Notes under the pieces: generated by a model
Told to the model about the DNA's origin: nothing
Database searches by the model: none
The model's input: the letters and a program-made list of their open reading frames with translations, nothing else
Translations under genes and position numbers: made by a program
In this document: positions 38,801-51,893 of the stretch, in pieces
Layout of the letters: every line of letters begins with the position of its first letter
Position numbering within the stretch: the stretch's first letter is position 1
From: Mytilus edulis
Lineage: Eukaryota
Length of the DNA stretch: 64,000 bases
Direction: 5' to 3'
Assembly (NCBI RefSeq): GCF_963676685.1
Contig: NC_092352.1
Span: 76,322,001-76,386,000 of the forward strand

Positions 38801-39381
38801 GAATCTCCTTTACCATGTAGAATTCTTGTTTTGTCTATTTGTATAATAATCATCATGATTATCCGTTTGTCATCAATTATATCCTTATGTAATATTTTGT
38901 AGGATATGTCGCTGGTCAACTTTTTTATTCTTCGTCATCATATCAAAACAGGTTTGGAGGACCAGCAAATACTCTTTGTCTCCCTAATAATCCAAAATTA
39001 AGTAATAGAACAACACAAAGTTATAGCTTTATATACGGCGCAGAGTTCGAAGAAAATTTTCTCAGGAGTGACGCTATCAACGAAAATATACCATGTGCAT
39101 TTTGCAGGAGTCTTAATACCACCTCTTCTTCAATGTTTCCTGGTAGAAATATTTGCTACAGCGACTGGAAAATAGAATATGAAGGATATATCATGTCCGG
39201 ATACTGGGGACATAGAGCCTCTACATACATTTGCGTTGATGCACATCCAGATTACGTTCACGGTGGTAAAGCTGATGAAATTGGCCAGCGATTTTATGTG
39301 ACAAGTACAAAATGCGGTTCCCTCTCTTGTCCACCATATCACGATAACCTGGCTGTCAATTGTGTTGTGTGTTCCAAATAA
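35809..39381 (+). CDS. Cluster copy 6: intact secreted coiled-coil + short-chain collagen C4-like protein, ~272 aa; exons 35809-36076, 37861-37932, 38903-39381
   Basis: Signal peptide MNRALSSCVVYFCLAFAFG, KRLLLNDPD, longer heptad region; phase-1 GT-AG introns; open 819-nt spliced frame. Confidence 0.9.
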
Positions 39382-39602
39382 AATGAATACACCTATTAAC
39401 CAATGCTTGATTCACCTTTTTATGTCCTATTTGCAGATATTAATATTTTTTAATTGATTAGTTTGATTGGAATTGTGTGATTTTATATTAATTATTATAA
39501 GCCTTTTAGATATGTTTGTCTTCTACATCACTGATTAACATTTTGTTGTTTGTTTGTTGACAATTGCATTTGGTGCAGTTACTAGTAACTGATACCATTT
39601 AA

Positions 39603-39811
39603 GGAGGTAGACCTAGGTTAAGGGAAATAACTCTTAAAATCATCAGTACGTTTGTGTCAACTGTTTTCATAAATATATTCTAAGCTTCTAGGTTACATAG
39701 ATTATTTCCAATCTGTTTCAGGTAAATGCTTGAAAAACATTGATGAAACTTGACTTTAACAAACACATAACTGATTTAAAGAGTTATCTCCCTGAACCAA
39801 GGTCTACCACC
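39603..39811. mobile_element. MITE with TTAA TSD (Kolobok-like)
   Basis: TTAA-GGAGGTAGACCTAGG ... CCAAGGTCTACCACC-TTAA; an empty site with a single TTAA is visible in the paralog near 20399. Confidence 0.85.
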
Positions 39812-41074
39812 TTAATGTCAATAAAATCACTGGGCCGATAACTTCGATACCAGCATATTAGTCTCTTGTAGAATCAGCAGACCAGTAGTGCAATGCCTCG
39901 ATACTGCAATAACACAACTCATCAAAGAAGCAAGGTATATAATTTGACTCGTTTTTATATATGACTTATCGGTGTTTCTCGAATCAAGTTCCTTTTTAAA
40001 TCAGTTTACGGTCCAAAACAATGATGAAAAAAGTTGTGCCAAATTAGAAAATGTGTTTATATTGCAGGACCTGTGATATGACTTATCAAATTAAATTGAA
40101 ATAAAAGAACTTATCCCTTCAGGAATAATATATCTGATTTTTTGTCTGAAAATTAAAGGTACTGGCATCGAACACAAATTGCAAGGAATACATATAAAGT
40201 TTATATTCAATAATTACAGATGAATTACTGCAACCGTATAATTACATTTGTCATGGGGCATCGTTTGCAATGAATTATATTGATTTCCCAGTGTAAATAA
40301 AAACCGGTAATTTCACATGTGTAATAAACTAGTTTTTTTCATTCCTCTGACGTCATACAACAATAGGTGTTGACAAAACGTCGAAAACATCGTATCAAAA
40401 CAAATTGTGAATGCGTAGAAAAAGATATAGTTCCTTACATTGTCTACCTAAATTTCATAAAAAATGCAACTCACAATGTAATAAAGGGAATAAATAATCA
40501 AAATACCGAAAAAATCGTTAACTCGTGACCAAACACTGATAATTACGCACATTCGTGAATTAATGTGGTGTTCGGTCACTGTTGGAATATTTGTCTCTAT
40601 TTGAATTCTTCGATTATTTATTCTTTACTTCCCATGTTCGACTTTTGGTAAAATCTGTAGTAAATAGAGAGAAACTCAACAGAAACAAATATCAACATTA
40701 GAAGAAAAAGAAAAAAAAAGATTTCAGTCATGAACATCATTATAATCTACAATGTTTCTGAGCGGTCATTATTGAGGATGCATATAAATCCAAGTTAATG
40801 ATATAGGCGACTTAGAACTTCAATAAAAAAAATCACTTGATATTTTGTTTTCGTATCTGCATCTTTTGTATGGATAACAGGGAACCTGATGATTCACCTA
40901 TTTTGCTAATGTGGACTCTTGATAATGTTTGTATAACCTTAACAAATATCACGTTAATTATTTAAAAGTATTGTAAATGGTTTGACGCTTCCAATCTTCC
41001 TTTGTTTAGAATTTCGAAAGAAAAAATATCATTACATGAAAACTGTTCAGATATCAAGTTTGAGATCTGAATGT

Positions 41075-41332
41075 ATAGATATAGGAAGATGTGGTATGAG
41101 TGCCAATGAGACAACTCTCCATACAAATAACAATTTAAAAAGTAAACCATTATAGGTTAAAGTACGGCCTTCAACACGGAGCCTTAGCTCACACCGAACA
41201 ACAAGCTATAAAGGCCCCCAAAATTACTAGTGTAAAACCATTCAAACGGGAAAACCAACGGTCTAATCTATATAAACAAAACGAGAAACGAGAAACACGT
41301 ATATATTACATAAACAAACGACAACTACTGTA
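41075..41332 (+). repeat. Copy of an abundant interspersed repeat (GAAGATGTGGTATGA.TGCCAATGAGACAACTCT family)
   Basis: The same motif occurs on either strand near 4070-4160, 6840-6950, 18056-18150, 22000-22070, 30980-31190, 38745, 44040 and 50900. It is absent from the paralogous sites near 18815 and 23720. Confidence 0.7.
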
Positions 41333-41880
41333 GTATGTTCATGTAAAGCTGCAAGGTTGAGTGAGAATCCATGACCAAATTTCGAACATAAGTCGATTCA
41401 GATTACTCTGACGGCATGTTTATCAAGTTTTAAAAGAAAACATAGAACATGAAGAAAACGCAAACTTCTAATTACCCAAGGTACACATCGTTTGCGCATA
41501 TTATCTATAATGTTGTAACTTATGTGATGAAATTAAGCAAATTCCAAATATTTAAACAAAACCAAAAGCATGTCACTGGAAATAGAAGATTAAGAGTATT
41601 CGTTTTTGTTGCATAGGATAAATACGAGGAAAAGTACACAATATGCATAACGAACGCTCGCGAATGAACTTGGAGCTTGAGGCAATTATGATATCTAATT
41701 TGTAAAAATACTTAAAATGTTCTATACCAGTTACAAGAAAAACTTTGCTTTCTCATACACTGCCAGGTCATAGACGGGGCTTTACGTCCACATGGTGTTT
41801 GCAAACAATGTGTAAATCACTGTGCGTGTATTTGTATAACTTTCAGATAAGAAAGTTTAACCGTACTTATTTCGACAGAA

Positions 41881-44800
41881 ATGATAAAAATGTCGTTGGT
41901 CTTTCTTTTACAGTTTATGTTTTGTTTCAGTTATGGTAGAGAAGTAGAGAGTGTGGAATTCCCAGACGGAGACAAAAAACGTTTATTAATTAATGACCCA
42001 GACGCCATCAACAATAGGCTCGAACATTTAGAACGACCACTTCAACAACAACAAGCTACGATACTTCAACTAACAAGTAATATGCCTCTCAGTAAGTATC
42101 TTTAACATCAATGTAAAATGACTTTGTTAACAGTTGAGCGTTTGCTAATCCAAAAGGAGTTAGAGGTTCAAAATAAAAGCCTTCACGTTAACTGCATCTG
42201 ACAAAATATCCGAAGGCAGCTTTTAATTATATATTCGACACACAAAATGTTTAAATTAATTGTATACGGAAATTGAATATAAATATTCATGCAGTATTGT
42301 CTGAATAAAAATTTATCTCTCGTTGCAATTATTGAGTTTTGTTTTATGCCTTGCAAAATCTTGCTTTTCAAACAAAATATGGACACAAAGATAGTCGGCC
42401 ACTACTGTCAAATATTTTATGTATCTTCTTCTTCACAGTGAAGCACAATTTTGCTATTCAATTCCTTCAACAACGTGTAGCAATTTTGATACAAAGATAA
42501 AGGTAGTACCAGGCCTACTTTCAGTAGTGATTCACTGTCAGACACTAATCTTCCATATCATTCCTTTTCTATTATGACATACAATGTTTAAATCTCTCGT
42601 ATTGTGTCACAATATATCTATTTTTATAGTCCGTTGCGCTGTATGTTTGTAAAATGTAAAATGACAAAAATTCCAAATTCTAAATTCTAAAGGAAATTCA
42701 TAATGAAAAAACTCTTATCGAATGACAAACATCAAACGAAATGAAAACAACAGTTACTGTCATTTTCCTAATTTTGTTCAAACATTTTCTCTTGTAGAAA
42801 ATAAACAAGTATGTTTACACAGTTTTTGATACTTGATACCGATTATGGTCACATTAATCAATTATGTCTGTTTTGTTTCCTGCTCCAGTTCTAACAATAA
42901 ATCATTCAGCCCTGTTTAGTGCTGTTCACTCAATTTTCAGACAGATCCCCTGCCGTTAATTTACTACTGTTCAGACAATCAGCTTGCAGTAAATTCAATA
43001 CTGTTCAGAAGCTGTTCATGCAATAAGTATGATGCTAACGTGTACAGGTGAATACAACGACTGAATATCTAAACATAGACAAAACAGATCTAAATGGACT
43101 ACATGGAAATTGTCAGAACGGTACTTCATTGACCACGGTAGATAAGACTGCAAATAGACTGAACGACTGAAAAATACTTAATTATATATTGGTCAGTATG
43201 CATATGGTCAGAGTTGTTTTCAAAAGAGAAATTGTTTTCTATTGTGTTGTAGATGATCTTTCAATTTGGGTTGTACAAGTTTCACATGCATCAGTTTTGA
43301 GTGTGAACTATTCGAAAGTTCCGATTTGTTGCATAATAATTATTGTAGTGAATATGACAAAAGACATAACAATGAATATTTGGATGTTATTACTTTCAGT
43401 GTACACATCTATATATATTTATAGTTAACATTTTTTTTATAACTTTTTAGATCAAGGATCAAATTACATACAGTGGGGAAAACTGAGTTGTTCAGCTGCA
43501 AATGCAGAAACTGTTTACTCAGGTATAGTTTCGTCATTTTACTTATTCAAAATTAAGAAATAACAGTGCTGAGTTTCAAGTGATGAAACCGTCAATTTGT
43601 TATATAGTTTTTGTCTGTTGAATCGGAACAGAGCAAGTAAATTAGACATTTTGCGCGATCGCCATCCCTTAACACAATACTGTAATTCATACTATAGCAT
43701 AGTACTAGTAAAATGTTTTAAAAATTTGTTTTTTTTCTTAAATTGTTTAACATCTCACAGCGGTATACTACTGTTGTCTTTATTTATTCATCCCTTATTT
43801 AATTGATTTTGTATAAACATTGTATCATAAATCAACTTTATTCGTTCAGTGTATGTTCACGTGTGTCGTCAATACGTCTTTTGATTGAGTTAAGCCATTT
43901 CAATGCATCTGGCGTAAGTGTAAAATTTTAGTCCAGATATCTATGACGAGTTTATTGATATTCCATAGTGTTTCGTTCTATGTTGTGATGTTACACTATT
44001 GTTTCAAATAAGTCAGGAATCTGTAAATTGTGTCTTGGATGAAGAGTTGTCTCATTGGCCCTCATACCACATCTTCTTATATCTATGAAAAATATCACCG
44101 GAGTATCGTCCGCTATAAATGCAAGTTTGTTGACAATGATACATAACATCAATCGTGGACATCATATATTAAATTCATATGTCATTCAATAAAAATGACG
44201 ATATATGTCTTACTGCATTCGAATATAATGTTGTTGTCATTATGATCAATTGCTACTATGCAACCTCAAGCTTAAAGGTTATTTATTATATTTAAGTTTT
44301 TTCAGTCAATTGTAAAGAAATGTATTGAGAAATCACAACAATGCGTTCACACAGTACTTACTCTTTTATCAATGTAATAAAAAAAGGATTACGATAAAGA
44401 TTTCCGTAAAGAAAAGAACAATGGATTACAAATAATGTTTTTTTCTGGAATAGACACATGTATATACAATAAGATGAACCTTTAATGACTTCAACACAAG
44501 TTTAGATAAAAATACAGGAAATGATTTCAAGAAAAATACTGAAGAATCAAGACTAAATATTTGAGAAAATGTTAAGCCTTCATCTTATGTATATTTTTAT
44601 CTCAAGAGTCTTGCAGCTTTTCTACAGTTTTTAGTGTCAGTATCATAAATGGGGCAAAAGATACCTGAGGTACATTCAAACACATAGATAAAAAAACTGA
44701 CAACGCCATGACTAAAAGAAACAGAGACAAAACAGAAACATAATAGTCACAAGACACAACATTGAAAAATAAAGAATAAACAACACACAACGCATCAAAC

Positions 44801-45791
44801 ATAGCAGTTTACTAAACCTAAGTGTTGTCGAAAGTAAACCGGTCAGGTTTTTTTCCCATTTTGTTCCATTCTGATTAAATGTGAACTGAAATCATAGACA
44901 TAAATACATGTATAGCAAAGTTAACTGTAAAAATATATAATTTTGTATCAAACTAGCAAAAAATATCTAGTTTTTCAGCTAGGAGCAACATCTAAAGTAA
45001 GCATACTGTAAATTGTATAAGGTTAACAACACTATGAACATAAATTTTACAATTGTGAAAGTTGAAATAAAAAGATGTTGAATTATTGCCAATTTATCAA
45101 CTCTCAATTTGAGATCAAGCGACGTTTACGATAACAAATGGAGGTCATCATACGGCCTTAGACAATAAGCAAAAACAATGCATCAAAGCAAGTTATAAAA
45201 GGGCCCGAAATTGTTTTTATTAAACTATCTAAACGAGATAACTCACGGCCTCATTTATGTACACTCGCCTAATCTTCAAACTCATTTTGGCAGCTTAAAA
45301 GGTTTACATTTTGTAGGTTTTGCCACTGGACAGCACTATGATACAACAAAGTATTCAGACAGCTTTGATGGACCAGCCAACTTTCTTTGTCTACCTAATA
45401 ATCCAGAGTTAAGTAACAGAACAATTCCGGGTAGCAGTTTTCTGTACGGAACTGAATACGAAGAGAACTTTTTGCACAGTGACTCGGATGGTCAAGATGT
45501 GCCGTGTGCTTTTTGCAGGAGTCCCGGTTCATCTTCGACAGAAATGTTCCCTGGAAAAAGACCTGTTACAATGGTTGGAAAAAGGAATATTTAGGGTATA
45601 TAATGTCTGGGTATTTCGGTTATAGAGCCTCATCTTACATCTGTGTTGATATACATGGAGAGTATGTTCAAGGTGGCAAAGCTAATAGTGTCGGCCATTC
45701 ACTATATGCAACTGGTACAAAGTGTGGAACTCTTCCTTGTCCACCGTACAATGACAATCTAGCTGTGTATTGTGTGGTTTGTTCCAAATAA
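41881..45791 (+). pseudogene. Cluster copy 7: complete three-exon copy (41881-42091, 43451-43522, 45317-45791) with a single 1-bp frameshift near 45557
   Basis: Close paralog of copy 4. Exon 3 is 475 nt vs 476 nt (GGAAAAAGACC vs GGAAGAAAGACC). This could be an assembly error in an A-run. Confidence 0.7.
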
Positions 45792-46701
45792 ACATGTGCC
45801 ATACACATAAAACAGTCTCTTGGATTTCACTCTCATGAGTGCAAATTCGAACAACATATTTTAAATGTAGAATCAACCAACTTATCAATGATGTACCTTC
45901 CAATATGTGCAAAACAATTCGAAATTTTCTTTTGATACAGCTTGCATGGTTCTGCATCTTGAGACAAACATGTCCAGTAGGATATTTTTTCTCCCATAGG
46001 ATTTAAAAAAAAAACAAGACCGGATTTAAAGACATCCTATAGGATAAAGTAATGATCACGTAGGAGGGTTAGCTAGCTATAAAACCTGGTTTAATACAAC
46101 ATTTTCCTCAAAAGAAAATGCTTGTACCGATTCAGGAATATGCCATTTTGTCTCTTGTAGAGAGTTGTCTCCTTTGCAATCATGCGGCATTTTCTTTTTT
46201 TTTGTTTGTTACCTAAATAAACTTCATTATCAATTTTATCTATGTCACATTATGCTGTACAAATGTCATCCGCTAATTTTAAAATTGTACTGGTTTTGAT
46301 TATTTTTTCAAAAGGTCAAATTAATTGTCTAAAAGTTAAAACACTAAATTGTAAAGGGGTTCATGATCTTTTGTAAAATGGGACCATGTTAAGATGTTAA
46401 GAAATGGTGCATTTCTCGAATTTTGTTGCTTCACAATTTTTTGCCAAAAGGGTTAATATGTGGATGATGGTGAATGATATGTTCACTAAAAGCCAAGCTT
46501 TGTAAACACACATCGATATACTTGTAATTGTTGAACATTCGTCCTCTTGAAGTATGAACAGAAAATAATATTATTCTTCTTTCCTTACTTATGTTGCGTC
46601 GTATGGTTAGGTACGAAATTTATAATGTAGTTCAATACGTGCAATTGTTATCTAATTCGACCTTGTAAAGATAAAGTGAACAAATAGTGTTCCACCAAAT
46701 T

Positions 46702-49115
46702 ATGCCTGTGTTTAAAGTTCTTACTATATTGGTCGTTGTGTCTATAACGCTAGGACATAATGATGACACTGGTGATATCAATAAGCGTTTATTGCTGAGC
46801 GATCCAGATATTGAGGCAACCAGACTAGCTAACGTAGAAGCTGCAATACAGAACTTAATGGGAGAAGTTTCTAAACTTAAGGTAGATCTTCAAACGGAGC
46901 AGACAAGAAATGTTCAACATGAAACAAAAATTTCACAAATGACACAATCTCTTAGAATGCTTCAAGGTATGTTTAATTCGACTACGTTATATACCGCAAT
47001 GCGCAGAATTCTTTTTTTCTAAGTCTGTGCCTTAAAATTTTTTTAAAGTATGCATTCTTGGAATCAATATACACAAGAAAGGATATTTGAAACGGGAATT
47101 TAACATTTTTCAATGAAAGATGTGTATTTAAAGATACCTTTGAATGTTCTCTAAAAAACTGATTTCAAATTTCAGTACTAGTTTAATATAGATTAATTTA
47201 TCATATAATGATTCTTGAGAACTACATTGTATGTTGTTGCAGTGACACTTCTTTGTTGATATGAATGATTATTGATACGGTCATAATAATAAATCAAATG
47301 TTAACAAAACATTACATTTTCGAAATTCTAAGGCATTTCTAGCTCAGGAATATATAACTTTGGTTGTATTTGGCAAAACTTTTAGGCATTTTTGGTCTTC
47401 AATGCTCTTCCACGTCGTACTTTATTTGGCCTTTTTTTACTTTTTTATTCGAGCGTCACTGATGAGTATTTTGTACAAGTAACGCGCGTCTGGGGCTAAT
47501 ACAAAATTTAATCCTCGTATTACCAATGTTATTTCAACTGATCGGGTGGAGCTTATGTTTTAATTTGCATAAGGAAAGTCTATTTGAATATGTGTGTGAT
47601 TAGGATGATTACCGTTATAATTATTATTGAATTCTAATCACCTATGAGTGTCACCAAACGCATATACAAAAGAACTGAGTGTATGATATCGGACGAATAA
47701 CTGGACACTTCATTGATGAGTTTATCCCAAAACTCCTGTCTATAGATGTACTGGGGTTAACTAAGCGAACTTTTAAACCCCGCCCAGTCAAGTGAAATAA
47801 ATCTAGTAATATCTCTGATGAGTTCATTAATGTTTCTGTAGAAATACACATTATATACTCGAAGTACCGATTTTCCACACTGCATATAGTTTTAATTGTT
47901 TTATTTTAATTATTTTTTTAGAGTACGGTTCTTCTTATATCCGTTGGGGAAGAACACAGTGCGATGGAGCAAACTCAGAACTTGTTTATTCAGGTATCAG
48001 CATATGGTCAAAATTGCAGTCACAACAGCTTTTTCAATCGAGCATTATATGTCTTACAGGAAAAAAACTATTAATCTATATTTGCATTGGTACTGATAAC
48101 AGATAATTATTTTCATATAAGATGATATCATATCGAACAAAAAGTCTGCATACCAAAAAGTCTTCATCAGCGTCAAATTTAAACATGTTAGACTGTTATC
48201 CTATTTCACTTATAATGTACTTTCAAAGTCTTCGTGTACTAACTAAGACTTGCAATATTGACAAGCGAACGCATATGAAAATATACTACCATGTAAGTCG
48301 TTATACATACATTTGTTGTGACGTAAGCCTTTTCAGTTATCGCAATACTAAGTCATGCCTTTTATTGAAAAAATCATTCCTACAGTCCACCTACGGACAC
48401 CCTAATGAGTTGTTGCAAGGGATATATAATCACCCCAGTACAACATTTAACACTTTGTCTATATGAGAAATGAACGGTTTGATTTTCATTCTCATTCGAC
48501 ATGGCTGTGCCAATATATACGGAGTAAATCCCCCCCACCCCACCCCCCAAAAAAAAAAATAATCCATACGAATATTGAGATTTGTCAGGGGAAGGGAAAG
48601 TAGAAAAAAGATGTACTTATTATTTTAAAAATATTTCAGGATATGCAGCTGGTCAAATATACTACGACAGTAAATATACAACTCGCTTCGGCGGTCCAGG
48701 AAATATGCTCTGCCTTCCAAATAATCCAGAGTTAAGTAATAGGACTGCACCTGGAAGCAGCAATATATATGGTTCAGAATTCGAAGAGAGCACATTTGGT
48801 CATGGCTCACGACAAGAGGACGTGCCTTGCGCTTTATGTCGCAGTAGAAATAGCACCACATCAGTAATGATTCCAGGGCGAAAAACGTGCTTTAAAGGGT
48901 GGAAGATTGAGTACAATGGACTATTAGCTTCTAGCTGCAACACATGTAAAGCGTCCTCTTACATCTGTGTAGATAAAAATCCTGAATACATACCTGGTGG
49001 TGAAACCAACGACAATCACAACCTCCTATACACAACTGGTACCATCTGTGGATCTCTACCGTGTCCTCCGTACCACAATAACCTGGAACTGTTGTGTGTG
49101 GTCTGTTCAAAATAA
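46702..49115 (+). CDS. Cluster copy 8: intact secreted coiled-coil + short-chain collagen C4-like protein, ~270 aa; exons 46702-46966, 47922-47993, 48640-49115
   Basis: Signal peptide MPVFKVLTILVVVSITLG, KRLLLSDPD, SYIRWGRTQC, phase-1 GT-AG introns, open 813-nt spliced frame. Confidence 0.9.
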
Positions 49116-50897
49116 CAATGTGGCATAAGTTATCCTATAAGTGTATTCAAATAAATATTCATGTTGTTTAAAAAGTCATATATAAATCAACCAGTTGATG
49201 AATTAATCCGTAACAGTTTCCGTTACTGTCATCATACCCGACAGCTTGGTAAGCAGTGACTCTGCAATCGTAAATATATCTCGAGAAATTTTTGACCTGT
49301 TGACATTTTACTAACAGGGAGTTGTAACTACATATTGACTTGTTTGTTGATTTCAAATTCCGTCTAGTTGTACCGTTAATGTATGGCAGACATGGGAATT
49401 TTTTACGTGAAGTTTCTAGTTTAAACGTATTATTTTGTTTCTACCGAAATTCAAGGTAAATACAAAAAGGGGAAATCTAAAAAATGTTAAAGAGGCAAAC
49501 GTTAAACAATTGCAATATCCAACAACGGAAAAAAATGAATAAAACCACTATCATATTCCTGACTTTGTACAGCGTTTTCTCAAGTAATTAGTGGGTTGAA
49601 CCTAGTTTTACAGCTAGTTTATACAACTTCTCACTTGTATGACAGTTGTTTATACATGTTATAGTTCATGTATTGACCAAGATTGTGTGAGCAACCCAAA
49701 CAAACCTAATTGGTTAGAGTAAGACCAACTAGGATCCAGCAGCCCAAACTGAATAAAGACAGACCAGGACCCTGATATCAAGTGGTTGTCACTGGTTCAT
49801 GTCTGTCGTATACGTTTTTCATAAATTGTTTTGATATAGATAAGGCCGCTATATTTTTTACAGTTGAATTGTTTCAGATTTTTCATGTTGGGACCTTATG
49901 TAACTAATACAGTTTGGGTAATTCTCATTATTTCAGATTTTACGGCTGTTTATCATTGCTTACATCCACTTCATTTGAGATTTAATTGATAGTTGTTCCA
50001 TTTACAATCGTACCATATCTCATTATTTTTATATCACAGACATAGACATATAACCGACTGACTAAAAGACTTGAAAATACTTTCAAATAAATCTGACAAA
50101 AACAGCAACAAATGCGACTATATAAGTATAAAAAGATAAAGTATAATTGCCAATGGAACAACTCTCTGCCAGAAACCAGTTGACATCTATAGGTTATCGC
50201 AAGGTATTCAACAATGCGCATAAACCCATGTCATAGTCAGCATAAAAAATAACGATAAATATTGATGAATGTATCAATTAAACACAATTTAGATGGGTCT
50301 ATACTGATTTTGACCATTAACTGTGATTCATAACAGTAAAAAGGTCTGCTATTAAAGGGGTTCAATTGATGCCCGAAGGAATACATAAAAACTGTCGATA
50401 CATTTTATTGCAAAAATGAAAGATAATGCTATCAAGGGGAACATTGACATCTTCAATTATCTCATCACACCTCCAGTAAGTATATCCACCAGCTTTATCT
50501 TTCTCTATAAGGATGACGGCTTTAATAAGTTGCAGTAAGGTTCAGATTTATAAAACGACAATTTAATTAAACATGAACCCTTTTGTTTGATAAGATTGTG
50601 TCGAAATGTAGTGAATAGAATTGAAAACTCAATACGGTCAACAGAATGAAAAGGACCATCATGAACTCGTAAGTTACCTAATACATCAAATAGTTTATTA
50701 AACTATAAAAATAGTAAATTCAACTATCTTCGTATGTTTTATTACAAATGTTAATGATAAGTACTTTGGTAGTGGTTAAAGAACCTGTTACTTGTAGAAC
50801 AGTCACTATGGGCCGAGTGGAAACGATATTTTACTGGTTTTTTTGTGTGTGTAATTATACAATGTCACATAAAAAAAATTGTAAGTTGATGTTAATA

Positions 50898-51893
50898 TAA
50901 AAAAGAAGATGTGGTATGATTGCCAATGAGATAACTCTTCACAAGAGACCAAAAATGACACAGACATTAACAACTATCGGTCACCATACGGCCTTCAACA
51001 ATGAGCAAAGCCCATACCGCATAGTCAGTTATAAAAGGCCCCGATATGACAATGTAAAACAATATAAACGAAAAAACAAACGGCCTTATTTAAATAAAAA
51101 AATTAACGAAAAAAAAATACGTAACACAAAAACAAACGACAACCACTGAATTACAGGCTCCTGACTTGGGAGAGACACATACATAAATAATGTGGCGGGG
51201 TTAAACATGTTAGCGGAATCCCAACCCTCCCCCTAATCTGGGACAGTGGTATAACAGTACAACATAAGAACGAACTATAAAAATTAGTTGAAAAAGCTAA
51301 ACTCATGAGATGGACAAAAATACAAGTGGATGTGACCGGGTACTTGTACATCCCGACAACAAAAAGACACTAGGAACAGATCTGAGAGTACTCGCAATTA
51401 TTTGACAGCTAGATTAAAGCCACTAACAACTTATAAAAAAATCATGAATCTAAGACTAAACTATCAATCCGTACACATCCAACATCCAATGGATTTAGTG
51501 TAAATACGTTATAAACAGTCAGAGAAAAACATGACCTTGTGCAATGCCAGTTACAGGTATCGATAGATTGTAGATTTATGAATGTGTATATGTATATAAC
51601 ATACTAGTAAATTAATATTTAGTTTGCTTTTAATTTACTGATCACAAAATCAATATTTATACCAATAAAAACAATATTCAATGATCTTAATACAGTGTTG
51701 AATTGGTAACCTTTTAGAATAAGTTTATTTAAAGGAGGGATACGTTTACAAGGATCATTTCTAAATTTCCGGGCACGGTTAACAACATTTCCGTAAAAAT
51801 GAGGCTGTGCTATCCCGTTTAAAATAAGTTTTCTACAGGTACAACCAAACTTCAAAACCAAATCTTTATATCTATGGAAAAATTTAGTAAAGA
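50898..51893 (-). mobile_element. Retroelement 3' fragment (Penelope-like) with a long copy of the abundant repeat family
   Basis: The minus-strand remnant ...KFFHRYKDLVLKFG...PHFYGNVVNRARK... ends at 51619 and is followed by the widely dispersed repeat. The family assignment is tentative. Confidence 0.5.

Noticed and set aside
1091-49115. Calling the cluster true collagens or assigning a gene symbol
   Set aside because: No Gly-X-Y repeats are present; only the C-terminal domain resembles short-chain collagen C4, and orthology cannot be established by eye.
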